A DNA stretch of 64,000 nt from Macrostomum lignano (lineage: Eukaryota), in NCBI GenBank assembly GCA_002269645.1, contig NIVC01003903.1:1-64000 (forward strand), read 5' to 3'. The position numbers and the translations under genes are program-made. Shown piece after piece: positions 1 through 13,479 of this stretch (its first letter is position 1; every line of letters begins with the position of its first letter). The notes below the pieces were generated by a model. That model made no database searches. It saw nothing but the letters and a program-made list of their open reading frames with translations, and was not told where the DNA came from.

Positions 1-1294
1 GTGCGATAATTGCAGCAATATTTTTGGATTGAAGTTTTTCGCACCAAACCGCAAAAAGACCATTGCAGCGAAGTTTGGTTGAGAATTCCTACAGGTTTTA
101 AACTGTCTTGCAGCAGCATTCAATGTGCACTTTTCAGCTCAACAACTTGCTTTCTGAAAACTGCTTTCAGACCAAATTTTCTTGACAGACAACTTGCTAA
201 TGTTTACTGTGGAACTGTTCAATTACAGAGTGACAGGCAGAAGTGCAGCAAGCGCTGAATAAAGATGCACTAAAGAGACAGGAACAACGTCGGAAAAAAT
301 GAAATTCTCTGTCCTCCCGGAACTTCCGTACAAAACGCTTCAAAGCTGAACCACCTCAGATCCGCCTCGTGCATTCGGAGCAAAGGTGAAGCTTCAATTC
401 CTCTGCCGCGATGACGCACCTGCAGGAAGCAAAAATGCAATTTGGCGAGAGCCACCTGAGCACCTGCTGCTGCTCTCTTTGAGCACAGATGGCTTCATGA
501 CCAGCCAATTATCTTGAGTAGCGGCAGCTCAAAACACCTCTAGTTGGGAAAATTTTCCCAATTATCGGCTTGATAAATGTTTAGTTGGTGCAGATTCTCT
601 GCGGATAATTGCGGAAATCGCAGCGGCAGCTGGGACCAAATTAATAGAAAAATTTCGATGCAGACGATTTTGGTCCATTATCTTATTTTCCTGCAGCTGA
701 GCTCGAAATCTCTTACAGATTTGCTTTCATTGATGAAAGATGCAAATCTTTTTTTGCCCCAGCTTCGGGTACCTGTTCTCGAAGGTCCAAAAATAGTCTT
801 CTGAACTTCACGTGAAAATTCAGCTAAAAACAATTTCTACTTGTAAATACAACTCCATTTATTTCAAATTTGACGTCGCAACTAAAAAAAACTGGGGCGG
901 AGTTGGACTTCAAAATTTGAAAAACGAAAAAACGGACTTCTTGAACTGCAGGTCACTACCGAGCCTCCGGTGTATTGAGCAAATTTTATTAAATTTTTTG
1001 GTCTCTGGGCCTCTATTGACAGTTAGGTTAGTGAGCAAATTAATCCCTTGCTTAGGAATCTTCCCTCCATATTCCCCTGATTAATGGTTTTTAGCTAGTA
1101 TGGGCTCAAGCTACATGAAAATTGGTTTAAAAATGTAACTGTGCCGATAAATTTCACAGTGCCTACAGTTCGAGAAGTCCGAAAAATAGGCATACGCGAT
1201 GAAATATGCAAACGGATTGTCGGACAAACGGAGTGCTGCATGAGCAGGTGCAAGAAGGGTCTGCAATGAGAGGCAGGAAAAGCGCTCTCCAACG

Positions 1295-2170
1295 TCACTC
1301 AGAGTTGACCTTCAGCGCCCTCAGCGTCTCCGCTAGGCCCCGATTGTGCCGCTGCTCCATCAGTTTGGACACCTGCACGGAGTTTGTAGTTAATTAGTCT
1401 GGCTTTGGGCGCTTAACACACTCGCTCACACAGGATGTACAGCGGCTTATGACTTTTGCATTGTCAGGCATATGTACACCCCACTCTGCGTGTTCGAATC
1501 GAATGCAACCCCGGGGTATTTCTAGCTTGAGTCTGACGCACTCGATAGCAGCTGAGCTAGCTGTACTCTGCCCCGTCCCATACCTGCACAGTAAGGTCCT
1601 GGTTAAACGCTTCGGCGCCTCTGTCGTTGCGGTTGTTGGACAGCACGACCGGCCCAGCCAGGCGAGTCACCATCGTGTTGGCGAAGTCCAGGCGTCGCAG
1701 CACCAGCACCTCCAGATTGAAGCTGGCTCCGCTGCGCTCCAGGTGCGAGAACGAGTCCAACACCGGATAGTCGTCCTCCGTAACGATGATTCGAAGCCGG
1801 AAATCCTCCCGTTCCGGGTCCGGCTGCAGCACCGAGACCACCATTGCCTCTACGTCGCCGACAACCTGCAGGTTGTACTCGATCAGGCGGTAGATGAGGC
1901 GCGAGTCGGCGCTGGTGGAGAAGAACAAGCTGGGCGCCAGCTGGGCCAGGCCTCTCGCAGTTGTTTTTCGATGCATTTGAATTCGAGTTTCTGCTCGTTT
2001 GCAAAAACCGGCTGCGCGAAAGGACGAACTTTTATAATTTTAGTCAAGCGCTTTTTGTGCACTTTCGAATTGTCTATGTCCACTGCCGCCAAGTTTTGCT
2101 CGATCTGCTGCATTTTAATCTTGATAAACTTGAAAAATTCGTGCAAGATTCTTGAAAGATAATCTTGAAA
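1295..2170 (-). CDS. Unknown protein, two exons (about 2170-1584 and 1372-1295), apparent single-base frameshift near 1945-1960; weak PIN/XPG-like motif resemblance
   Basis: ORF 1976-1557 has host-like GC codon usage. Donor CAG|GTATGG at 1584 joins acceptor TGCAG|GTG at 1372 in phase 0, giving ...DLTVQ|VSKLMEQRHNRGLAETLRALKVNSE*. Upstream ORF 2185-1883 looks coding but is in another frame. Confidence 0.4.
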
Positions 2171-2719
2171 ATCTTTAGGGACCAAAGCAAATAACCAAAT
2201 TTTCTATTCGCCTTCTGCTTATCCAAAGATCATTTAATGGATTTTCGACTTTGATTGTAGAGTGCCACTGGTGGACAACTTTTTAGTCTCAATAACGAAT
2301 TTTGTCTTCTTTTCACTTCTCGCGCAATCAACTGACAGCTAATTTCATCTCGAACCCAATTTGGTCTTCTGACATTTCCACACTTTCTTTAAAATTCCCT
2401 AACACAATCTGCCGCACAGACAGATGAAGGTCTATTGACAGAAATCAAGAAGGCTGGGCAGACTGCAGACAGAATGCACAGACAGCCGACAGTATGCAGA
2501 CAGAAACCCGATGATGTCCCTGATCTAATTAATATCAATTAACGATAGTTCATCGTCAAAGAAAAGGATCTTTTGACAGTACAGTACGGCCTTTTTGGGT
2601 ATTTTACTTGGCGCTTACACGCTTGTTTGACTACTTCTAGTCAAGCTAAACGCATTTTAAGTTTATTTTTGCTTCAAAGTGTCTTCTTACCAAGATGGCT
2701 CGTACTATCAAATATACCT

Positions 2720-3112
2720 TTTCAACTTCGGATTCGTCAAAAGTGAGTTTAAATTCGTCAGCGTATGCAAAACTATATAGCGCTCAAGGGGAAGAGAATG
2801 AGTGTCTATGGTAAATTTTTAGAGAAAGTGACTTCGAATTCGTCTAAGTAAGTGAAATTCGTCAGTGAAAATACAGCCTGATCAGAAAAAGTGTTTGCTT
2901 TGTCCATGGCAAGAAAAGAAGGTGTCTTTGGTAAATTTAAGTAAGAAAGTGAGTGAAGTTCGTCTGTGGAAAAGTAGCCCAATTTCCTGAAATCTTCATT
3001 TCATGCTTTGATTGTTGTCAGAGATGCCCTACAATTGCCCGCAGAAATGCCCGCAGACGAATTGCCCGTCGAGATTTTCCCGCCGAGATTTTTCCCACCG
3101 AGCCCCCACATA
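2720..3112. repeat. Short dispersed direct repeats (aagtga..ttcgtc; aattgcccgcag) resembling transposon subterminal repeats
   Basis: Three ttcgtc-containing blocks at 2725-2970 and tgcccgcag repeats at 3035-3100. The motif aattgcccgcagacgaatt recurs near 54735. Confidence 0.35.
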
Positions 3113-3289
3113 AGCCAGCTAAAATTTAATATTCAGAAAAAGTTGTATGTATGCAATGAGTCAGAGTCTATGGTATGAACTAAATGGTTCGTACTGTTTC
3201 ATTTTTACCAGACTACCATAGACTGTCCTACGAAACAGTGCTATATAGGAAAGGAGAAAGGACTTCTCAGTTGACTGACGAGCTGTAAA

Positions 3290-3720
3290 ATGACTACGAC
3301 CCGGCTTCTTCATTGGGACGCTTTCCCTGGCGGAATGATAAGTGGACTTATTGGCGCCGAGATCGAGAAGTACATGGATGATTTCGACTTGAAGAAAGCT
3401 GCTGAAGCACTTTCTCTCGAGGATGTTGATCAAGTGTTCGCATTGGAACAGTTGGATAAGGAGTGTTGCGTTGCCAGTTCCGAGTATCAAGAGAGGAGCT
3501 CAGTAAAGCGACTGAATGACTTCATTGACGCGAATCGGCGAACGGATCCATTCAAGTTTGACATCGCGAAGTGTGAACGCTCTGCGCTGGCGTATGTGCT
3601 ACGCCTTTTCTATGGGACTTGAAGAAGGCCAACGGAGGTTTCTACTCGCCAGCTTCGTGCAGACCTGTATCGCTATTTTTTAGAAAATCGGGCATTCAAC
3701 ATCATTTCAGAGATTATTCC
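3290..3720 (+). pseudogene. Crypton/DUF3504-type tyrosine-recombinase N-terminal fragment, frameshifted
   Basis: Joining frames across about 3620 and 3655 gives ALAYVLRLFYGT-LKKANGGFYSPAS-LRADLYRYFLENRAFNIISE. This resembles the L..FY...RK.DG..Y...SL...R.L...FNII pattern of Crypton/ZMYM-family YR domains (recognised by eye). Confidence 0.5.
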
Positions 3721-3976
3721 TTTGTAATTTGTACGTAAAAAGCTTTCCATGAAATAATGCTATTACTGCACGGCATTGATGCACGGGCCATAGGCAAACA
3801 ACGACGATTCCGTGGGGTGTGTGGCCTGCAAAATCATTGAAAGCAGAAATTTTTTTCTTTATTTACGCATCAATTTACCGGTATGGACGATTTATAACTT
3901 TGGGCAGCCAGTGCTTATAGTGCATGCGCCTATCTATGGCTAGGAGAGGAAAGTTAGGTATGCATGTACATTTCTG

Positions 3977-6082
<2,106 letters not shown>

Positions 6083-6119
6083 CTGAGTGAAGATGGATCC
6101 GAGCGGTAATGAGTAGAAG

Positions 6120-7232
6120 GGAATGAGAGCGAGAGTAGATGAGAATGAGAGCAAGAGTAGATGAGAATGAGAGCAAGAGTAGATGAGAATGAGAGCGAGA
6201 GTAGATGAAAATGAGAGCAAGAGTAGATGAGAATGAGAGCGAGAGTAGATGAGAATGAGAGCGAGAGTAGATGAAAATGAGAGCGAGAGTAGATGAGAAT
6301 GAGAGCGAGAGTAGATGAGAATGAGAGCGAGAGTAGATGAGAATGAGAGCGAGAGTAGATGAGAATGAGAGCAAGAGTACATGAGAATGAGAGCGAGAGT
6401 AGATGAGAATGATATCAAGAGTAGATGATAAGAATGAGATCGAGAGTAGCTGAGAATGAGAGCGAGAGTAGATGAGAATGAGAGCGAGAGTAGATGAGAA
6501 TGAGAGCGAGAGTAGATGAGAATGAGAGCAAGAGTAGATGAGAACGAAAGCGAGAGTAGATGAGAATGAGAGCGAGAGTAGATGAGAATGAGAGCGAGAG
6601 TAGATGAGAATGAGAGCGAGAGTAGATGAAAACGAGAGCGAGAGTAGATGAGAACAAGAGCGAGAGTAGATGAGAATGAGAGCAAGAGTAGATGAGAACG
6701 AAAGCGAGAGTAGATGAAAATGAGAGCGAGAGTAGATGAGAATGAGAGCGAGAGTAGATGAAAACGAGAGCGAGAGTAGATGAGAATGAGAGCGAGAGTA
6801 GATGAAAACGAGAGCGAGAGTAGATGAGAATGATATCAAGAGTAGATGATAAGAATGAGATCGAGAGTAGCTGAGAATGAGAGCGAGAGTAGATGAGAAT
6901 GAGAGCGAGAGTAGATGAGAATGAGAGCGAGAGTAGATGAGAATGATATCAAGAGTAGATGAGAATGAGAGCGAGAGTAGATGAGAATGATATCAAGAGT
7001 AGATGAGAATGAGATCGAGAGTAGCTGAGAATGAGAGCGAGAGTAGATGAGAATGAGAGCGAGAGTAGATGAGAATGAGAGCGAGAGTAGATGAGAATGA
7101 GAGCGAGAGTAGATGAGAATGATATCAAGATTAGATGAGAATGAGAGCGAGAGTAGATGAGAATGATATTAAGAGTAGATGAGAATGAGATCGAAAGTAG
7201 CTGAGAATGAGAGCGAGAGTAGATGAGAAGAC
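6120..7232. repeat. 20-bp minisatellite gagcgagagtagatgagaat
   Basis: Directly visible tandem array. Confidence 0.95.
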
Positions 7233-7607
7233 AGCGAGTATAATGAGATCAGCAAAAGCAGCTCACCCATTCTCTCCAGCAGAAATATCCTGTTGCACAG
7301 TGTTAGTCGCTAAGCTGAGGTATTGATATTAATAAATTTATGCCAGAAGTCGGGTGTTTTTTGAAATGACAGAAAAGTAAATTTCATGCAAAGATCGTAC
7401 ACTCTGTGCTGCTGTGCTGCTTATCTAACACTGCTGTTCAAGCTTTTAGAAGCAATTTCTGTGACAAAAACAGAAATTCCTAAGGTGCAGTCAACATTAT
7501 CAATGTATTTATCTTAACCGCTTTGACGAACTGTATTTCTGCTTCTTTGCCAAAGCAAATGTAGTGTAAATGAACAGTGTGCTTTGAAATCGTAAACCGA
7601 GTGAGAT

Positions 7608-8265
7608 GGAGAGAGGAGAGGTGGGGCGAGGGAGAGAGGAGAGGTGGAGTGAGTGAGAGGAGAGGTGGAGTGAGTGAGAGGAGACGTGGAGCGAGGGAGA
7701 GAGGAGAGGTGGAGTGAGTGAGAGGAGAGGTGGAGCGAGGGAGACAGGAGAGGTGGAGCGAGGGAGAGAGGAGAGGTGGAGTGAGTGAGAGGAGAGGTGG
7801 AGCGAGGGAGACAGGAGAGGTGGAGTGAGTGAGAGGAGAGGTGGAGTGAGTGAGAGGAGAGGTGGAGCGAGGGAGACAGGAGAGGTGGAGTGAGTGAGAG
7901 GAGAGGTGGAGTGAGTGAGAGGAGACGTGGAGCGAGGGAGAGAGGAGAGGTGGAGTGAGTGAGAGGAGAGGTGGAGCGAGGGAGACAGGAGAGGTGGAGT
8001 GAGTGAGAGGAGAGGTGGAGTGAGTGAGAGGAGACGTGGAGCGAGGGAGAGAGGAGAGGTGGAGTGAGTGAGAGGAGACGTGGAGCGAGGGAGAGAGGAG
8101 AGGTGGAGTGAGTGAGAGAAGAGGTGGAGTGAGGGAGAGAGGAGAGGTGGAGTGAGTGAGAGGAGAGGTGGAGTGAGGGAGAGAGGAGAGGTGGAGTGAG
8201 TGAGAGGAGAGGTGGAGTGAGGGAGAGAGGAGAGGTGGAGTGAGTGAGAGGAGAGGTGGAGTGAG
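7608..8265. repeat. GA-rich 20-22-bp minisatellite gagaggagaggtggagtgagt
   Basis: Directly visible tandem array. Confidence 0.95.
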
Positions 8266-9125
8266 GAAGAGAAACGATAAGTAGATAGAAGCAAGTGTGC
8301 AATTAAACCTTTTGTCCCTTTTGCACATCCTGCTTGAAGAAAATTCTACATTAACTGAGCATTGCTATTCGCGAGGGGCACCGCGGACAGCATGAGTAGT
8401 TCTACTGGACAGATAAGCATATTGATAAGGATGTTTGTCAGACCTCTTTATCAGGATTTAGTTGACGTCAGCCAGAATCTACTAGCGCATATATTCTAGA
8501 CTAAATTGTGGACTGCAATATCCCCGATCTAAAGTAGAGCGTGATAGTTGGCAACTACTAGCTTGAGAACATGAGCGAGCCGCAGCAGCAGCAGCAGCAG
8601 CCTCCACCCTATGATGTCGTCACTCTCGAACCAAATGCCGCAACTATCGAAGAGAGCAGAAATTATCGATTTACAGAGTGTGAAATTATCGATTTATAGT
8701 GTGAAATTATCGATTTCTTGTGGGTGAAAGCATCGTATTTCATTAGGCTCAATACTTGAGAAGTTGCTGTTCCAAAAATGCAACGTCTACTCTTTGTAGC
8801 TGGCGTTTAAAACAAGCAAGAATCAACAGCCAAAAAAAACATTGGTTTGTCGTTTGCTTCTAAATTTTTACCAACCTTTGGCAAAACACTCACAGGAAGC
8901 AACCCAGCCACCCCTGATTGCTAATAAACTTAGCAGATGCACAGCCTGTGCGCAGTGCAGGGCGGGCAGTCAATGCACACCGCCAGCTGCACCCCACTGC
9001 ACACTCTACCCCAGCTGTACAATACGCACAGGGCGCAGCACTAAGACGGAAGGCGCAGGCAGTTCATATCAGCCTTCATCTCAGCAGTGAATTCTCAGCT
9101 AACTGCAAGCATCGCAGAGGCCGTC

Positions 9126-12100
9126 ATGCCGCTCCGCCAGCCGCTGAACCTGCGCACCAGACTGCACCAGGTGCGAGCTCGCTACCCATCCACCTGGGCC
9201 ATCCTGGGCCGCAAGCTGCAGCAAGGCGAATCTTGGCGAGCTCTGGTTGAAGACTACCTGGATTCTGAGGGCCGGCCTCTGTCAGCCGACCAGGCCCTGC
9301 TGGTCTGCCAGAGTCCTGGCGGAGAAGCCGCGGCCGCCCTGCTGCTGTGGGAGCGCAGCTGCAGCCTTGAAGAGCTGCTGGAGGTCCTGAGCCGTCGGGG
9401 ACTTCGCGAAGCCGAGGCCTTCGTGCGGTCCAACCTGCTGAACCAGGCCTGGCAGCCTCCGCCCACGACTGCGGAGCCGCCCCCTCCGTCTCTTCCGCCC
9501 CCGCCCCCGCCCGCGCCTCCGCCTCCGCTTCCACCAGACGACTCGCCGCTGGAGTTCCCGGCGGAGCAGCTCCGGCGCGCCGTGGCCTGCGGCTCCCTGA
9601 TCGGCTCGGGCGGCTTCGCCGAGGTCTTCCGGACGGCAGCGCTGGTCGAAGGCCGGCAGCACGCGGTGAAGGTCTACCGACCGGGCATCAGCGAGGAGGC
9701 GCGCCAGGCCATCCGCAGGTCGATCGGCGCCCTCAGCGGCCTGCGGCACCCGAGCATCGCTCGGCTGGTCGGCTTCGGCTACTCGCCCGCCGACGACCGC
9801 ATGTACTCCGTGTTCGACTTCCACAGCAACGGCGACCTCCGCCAGCTGCTCGACCGGTTCGCCGAGCCCCACAGCTGGTGGTCGTCGGCGGAGGCGGTGG
9901 CCAGCGGGTTTCACCTGGGCGGCACGCGGCTCCGCATGGCAACCGACATCGCCTCGGCCGTGGAGTTCCTGCACGCCACCGAGGAGAAGTCGATGGCGCG
10001 AGACGAGCGGGCCGGCCTCCTCAGCTTCAGCTTCGTGCACAAGGATGTGAAACCCAGCAACATCCTGGTTGACGGCGACTGGCGCTGCCGCCTCGCCGAC
10101 CTGGACTTCCTCGACCTGACCACCGCAGGGCTCGGCCAGACCGTCTGGGGTGAGCAGCGGGCCCAGCAGGTGGCCAGAGTGCACACGCTGGGCTACCGGC
10201 CGCCCGAAGACCGAGTCACCTGCAAGTGGGACGTCTTCAGCACCGGGGTCACCATCTTGGAGCTGCTCACCGGCCTGCGCGGCCAGCCCGCCAGCAGCGA
10301 CACTCCGGAGGAGTCCTGGCTCTGCTGGGCCCTGGCCGACGGTCGGGCTCCGCCGCCTCAGCCGGGGCTGCGGCTGTCCGCAGGTCTGCACGCCCGCGTC
10401 TGCAGAGAAGCCGTGGCGCCCTGCCTGCTGCACAACTTCGCCGAGAGGTGCACCGCCGCGGTGCTGCGGGGCCGCCTGCAGACGCTGCTGGCCGCGGCCG
10501 AGGCCGAGGACGGTGAGGCCGGGCTGCAGGAGTTCAGCTTCGCCGAGCTGGATGCCGCGGTCGGCGAGGAGCTCGGAGCCGGCAGCTTCGGCCGCGTGTA
10601 CCGGGTGAACCTGGCAGGGCGGCCGGTCGCCGTCAAGAAGCTGCTGCCCGACTCTGCGGGCATCCCGCTGGAGGCGCTGCGGCGCCAGGCGGGCCTCCGC
10701 CATCCCCGGCTGCTGTGGCTGCTCGGCTTCGCTCACCGCGGCGAGGCGGCGGGCGGCGACCTCCTGCTGGTCTACGAGCTGTGCGAGGCCGGCAACCTGC
10801 GGCAGCTGATTGACGACTTCGCCGCCGGCCGGGCACCGCCCGCCTGCGAGTTCCAGCTGGCCGGAGTTCGAATCCGGATGGCGCACGAGCTGGCCAGCGC
10901 CCTGGACTTCCTGCACAGCTGGCAGGAGGTCGAAGCCGCAGCGGCTGGCGACTGGCGCAGCTTCAGCCTGGCGCACCAGGATGTGAAGAGCACCAACGTG
11001 CTGCTCACTGCTGACTGGCACTGCAAGCTGGGCGACCTGGACAGCCTGCAGGTGCGTCTGGGGAGATCGGGGACAGCCTGCAGGTGTGTCTGGGGAGATC
11101 GGGGGCAGCCTGCAGGTGTGTCTGGGGAGATCGGGGACAGCCTGCAGGTGTGTCTGGGGAGATCGGGGACAGCCTGCAGGTGTGTCTGGGGAGATCGGGG
11201 GCAGCCTGCAGGTGTGTCTGGGGAGATCGGGGACAGCCTGCAGGTGTGTCTGGGGAGATCGGGGGCAGCCTGCAGGTGCGTCTGGAGAGATCGGGGACAG
11301 CCTGCAGGTGCGTCTGGGGAGATCGGGGGCAGCCTGCAGGTGCGTCTGGAGAGATCGGGGACAGCCTGCAGGTGCGTCTGGGGAGATCGGGGACAGCCTG
11401 CAGGTGTTGGGGAGATCGGGGACAGCCTGCAGGTGTGTCTGGGGAGATCGGGGACCGTCTGGGGAGATCGGAGACAGCCTGCAGGTGTGTCTGGGGAGAT
11501 CGGGGACAGCCTGCAGGTGTGTCTGGGGAGATCGCGGCTGCTCAGGCAACTGAGTTGAGGCTGCTCCGTCCTTTGAGTAGGGGCTGCTCTCCGTTCTCAG
11601 TCTCAGACTCTCCCTCCCTTCCTCCTCCCGCGCCAAGGACCACTGTAGTTTAACGCCAAGGACCACTGTAGTTTAACGCCAAGGACCACTGTAGTATAGC
11701 AACATGGACCACTGTAGTTTAACGCCAACAAGGAGGAATGAATGATTCCAAATTTTCCCTAAGCAGCCTCATCACAGTCTCCATTCCTGCCCCATCAGAC
11801 GGCCACCGCAGGATCGGGCCTCACGCGGATGGAAGACAGGCCGCAGTCCTCGCAGCCCAGAATCCGCTACTTCACCAATGGCTACTTCGTGCCGGGAGAA
11901 CCGGACAGGCCAGGCGCACCTGGCGAGCTCCTGTCCTGCAAGGTGGACGTGTACGCCCTTGGCGTCACCCTGCTGGAGCTGTTCACCGGCCGGCGCGCCT
12001 CTGGCGGCGGTGAGCCCGAGCTGCGACTGAGCCTGCTGGGCGACTCGTCAGTGCAGCAGCCGCCGTCGCCGCAGGTAGGGCTGCTTATCAGCGACAGGTG

Positions 12101-12233
12101 CTATCTAGACCTGTGCGACAGGGTGTTCAGACCGTGCCTGGCCCTGAACTCGGCTCAGCGACCGACTTCCACCAGAGTGCTGCAAGAACTCGACAGATTT
12201 TACAGCAGCTGCGAACCGGATCTGGAAAATTGA
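9126..12233 (+). CDS. Death-domain protein with two tandem IRAK/Pelle-like kinase domains; exons 9126-11051 and 11799-12233
   Basis: N-terminal death-fold-like region (W..L...L...S...A...LL..W....SL.ELL..L...L) followed by a Pro-rich linker. Kinase 1: GSGGFAEV, AVK, HKDVKPSN, DLD, GYRPPE, WDVFSTG. Kinase 2: GAGSFGRV, VAVKK, LLVYE, HQDVKSTN, DLD, VDVYALGVTLLELFTG. Phase-0 intron CAG|GT...ATCAG|ACG joins subdomain VII to VIII. Confidence 0.85.
11040..11535 (+). repeat. 32-bp intronic minisatellite containing the exon/donor junction (gacagcctgcag|gtgtgtctggggagatcggg)
   Basis: About 14 copies, most carrying CAG|GT. Confidence 0.95.
11631..11727. repeat. 23-bp repeat cgccaaggaccactgtagtttaa, about 4 copies
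   Basis: Directly visible. Confidence 0.85.
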
Positions 12234-13479
12234 GTGCAAAGCTGGGATTGCGCGCTTTGCTCTGATTTTTTTAAATTTGTCCCGATTCGATCAACACTTC
12301 GACTAGCTTTTAGTCTTGAGCTTCAAGAGTGTACCACAGGAAGACAAAAAATAGTGTTAACTTCTCGTGCATGTAGCCTTGGAAGTCTCATCACATTTTA
12401 AGCTATGAGACTAGACTTTGTAGTTTTAATATTTAACCACTATATACGCGCGCGTAGTAGAAAATAAAGAATTTGTCTTATGTGGAGGTATGCTGCGTTT
12501 TAATATTTTTTTCGTTGATTCTGCTTTATCCATTGCAAAGACACACTCGTAAAAATTGACAGTACTTCTACGTTTTACTTCCATGTATGATAAAAAACTT
12601 AGGACATCCTGCTTTCTGTTGTTGGCAGATTTAATTACTGATTGTGGGTAAAAATGGTGCTATGCTATAAAGGAATTAAAACTAATGGATTGAAAGATTT
12701 CTTTGAAAGAGAAATTTTTTAAATCATTTTAAAAGTTCTTCAAGCAGATTTCACCTTGGCTCATTTTTAAAACTTTTGTTATTTTGAAGTGTAAGTGCCG
12801 TGTTTAATATTTAAACTCAGTCAAAAAGTTTTAGTTTTAACAATTGATTTAATGATCGATTATTACGCCACGTTGCATGTGCAGCGTAGCAACACGGACA
12901 AAAAGCAGTCTCCTGCCCGACTCCTGGAAGGCATTCACCTCAGCGTCAATATAAGCAAAAATTCTTTGCGTTATTTAGTTAGTAATATGTTTGTATTTTT
13001 GGGCATGCATTTTTGCAACTTAACCTTGGCTTGGCCCCTTGCTAGCCCACTAGATTAGTCAGCTTGGCTAGGTGTTGTGCATGTACACTACAGTACACAG
13101 TATACCTTTTTTATGTCTACGCAGCTGCCAGCTGCTCAACTAAATGTACTAGGCCCCTAAATGTTATCCATTTGTACAAACAAATCTATTATTATATTGA
13201 CTATTGCCACTTTGACTGTCACCTGGATTGTTTGTTGCTGTATTATCTTGTTGCCAGTTTGACTAAAAGTTTATAGCATAGGTCTTAGACTAGTATAAAT
13301 GCTTTAAAGATAGTAATTATCATGGAAAATTTGTTTTTATTACTTGACAAACATTGTTTTGTATTAGTAGGCCTACTATATATATTATATTATACAACTA
13401 AAATAAATTGTAATTATACTATCTATATTAATATTAATAAAGGTATAGACTATAGCAATTATATATTTTAATAAATCCT

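Noticed and set aside
11052-11558. Cys/Gly-rich C-terminus of the 823-aa ORF as real protein
   Set aside because: It is the 32-bp intronic repeat; kinase subdomains VIII-XI resume at 11799.
9282-11666. 794-aa antisense ORF over the kinase
   Set aside because: Shadow ORF of GC-rich coding sequence with no recognisable motifs.
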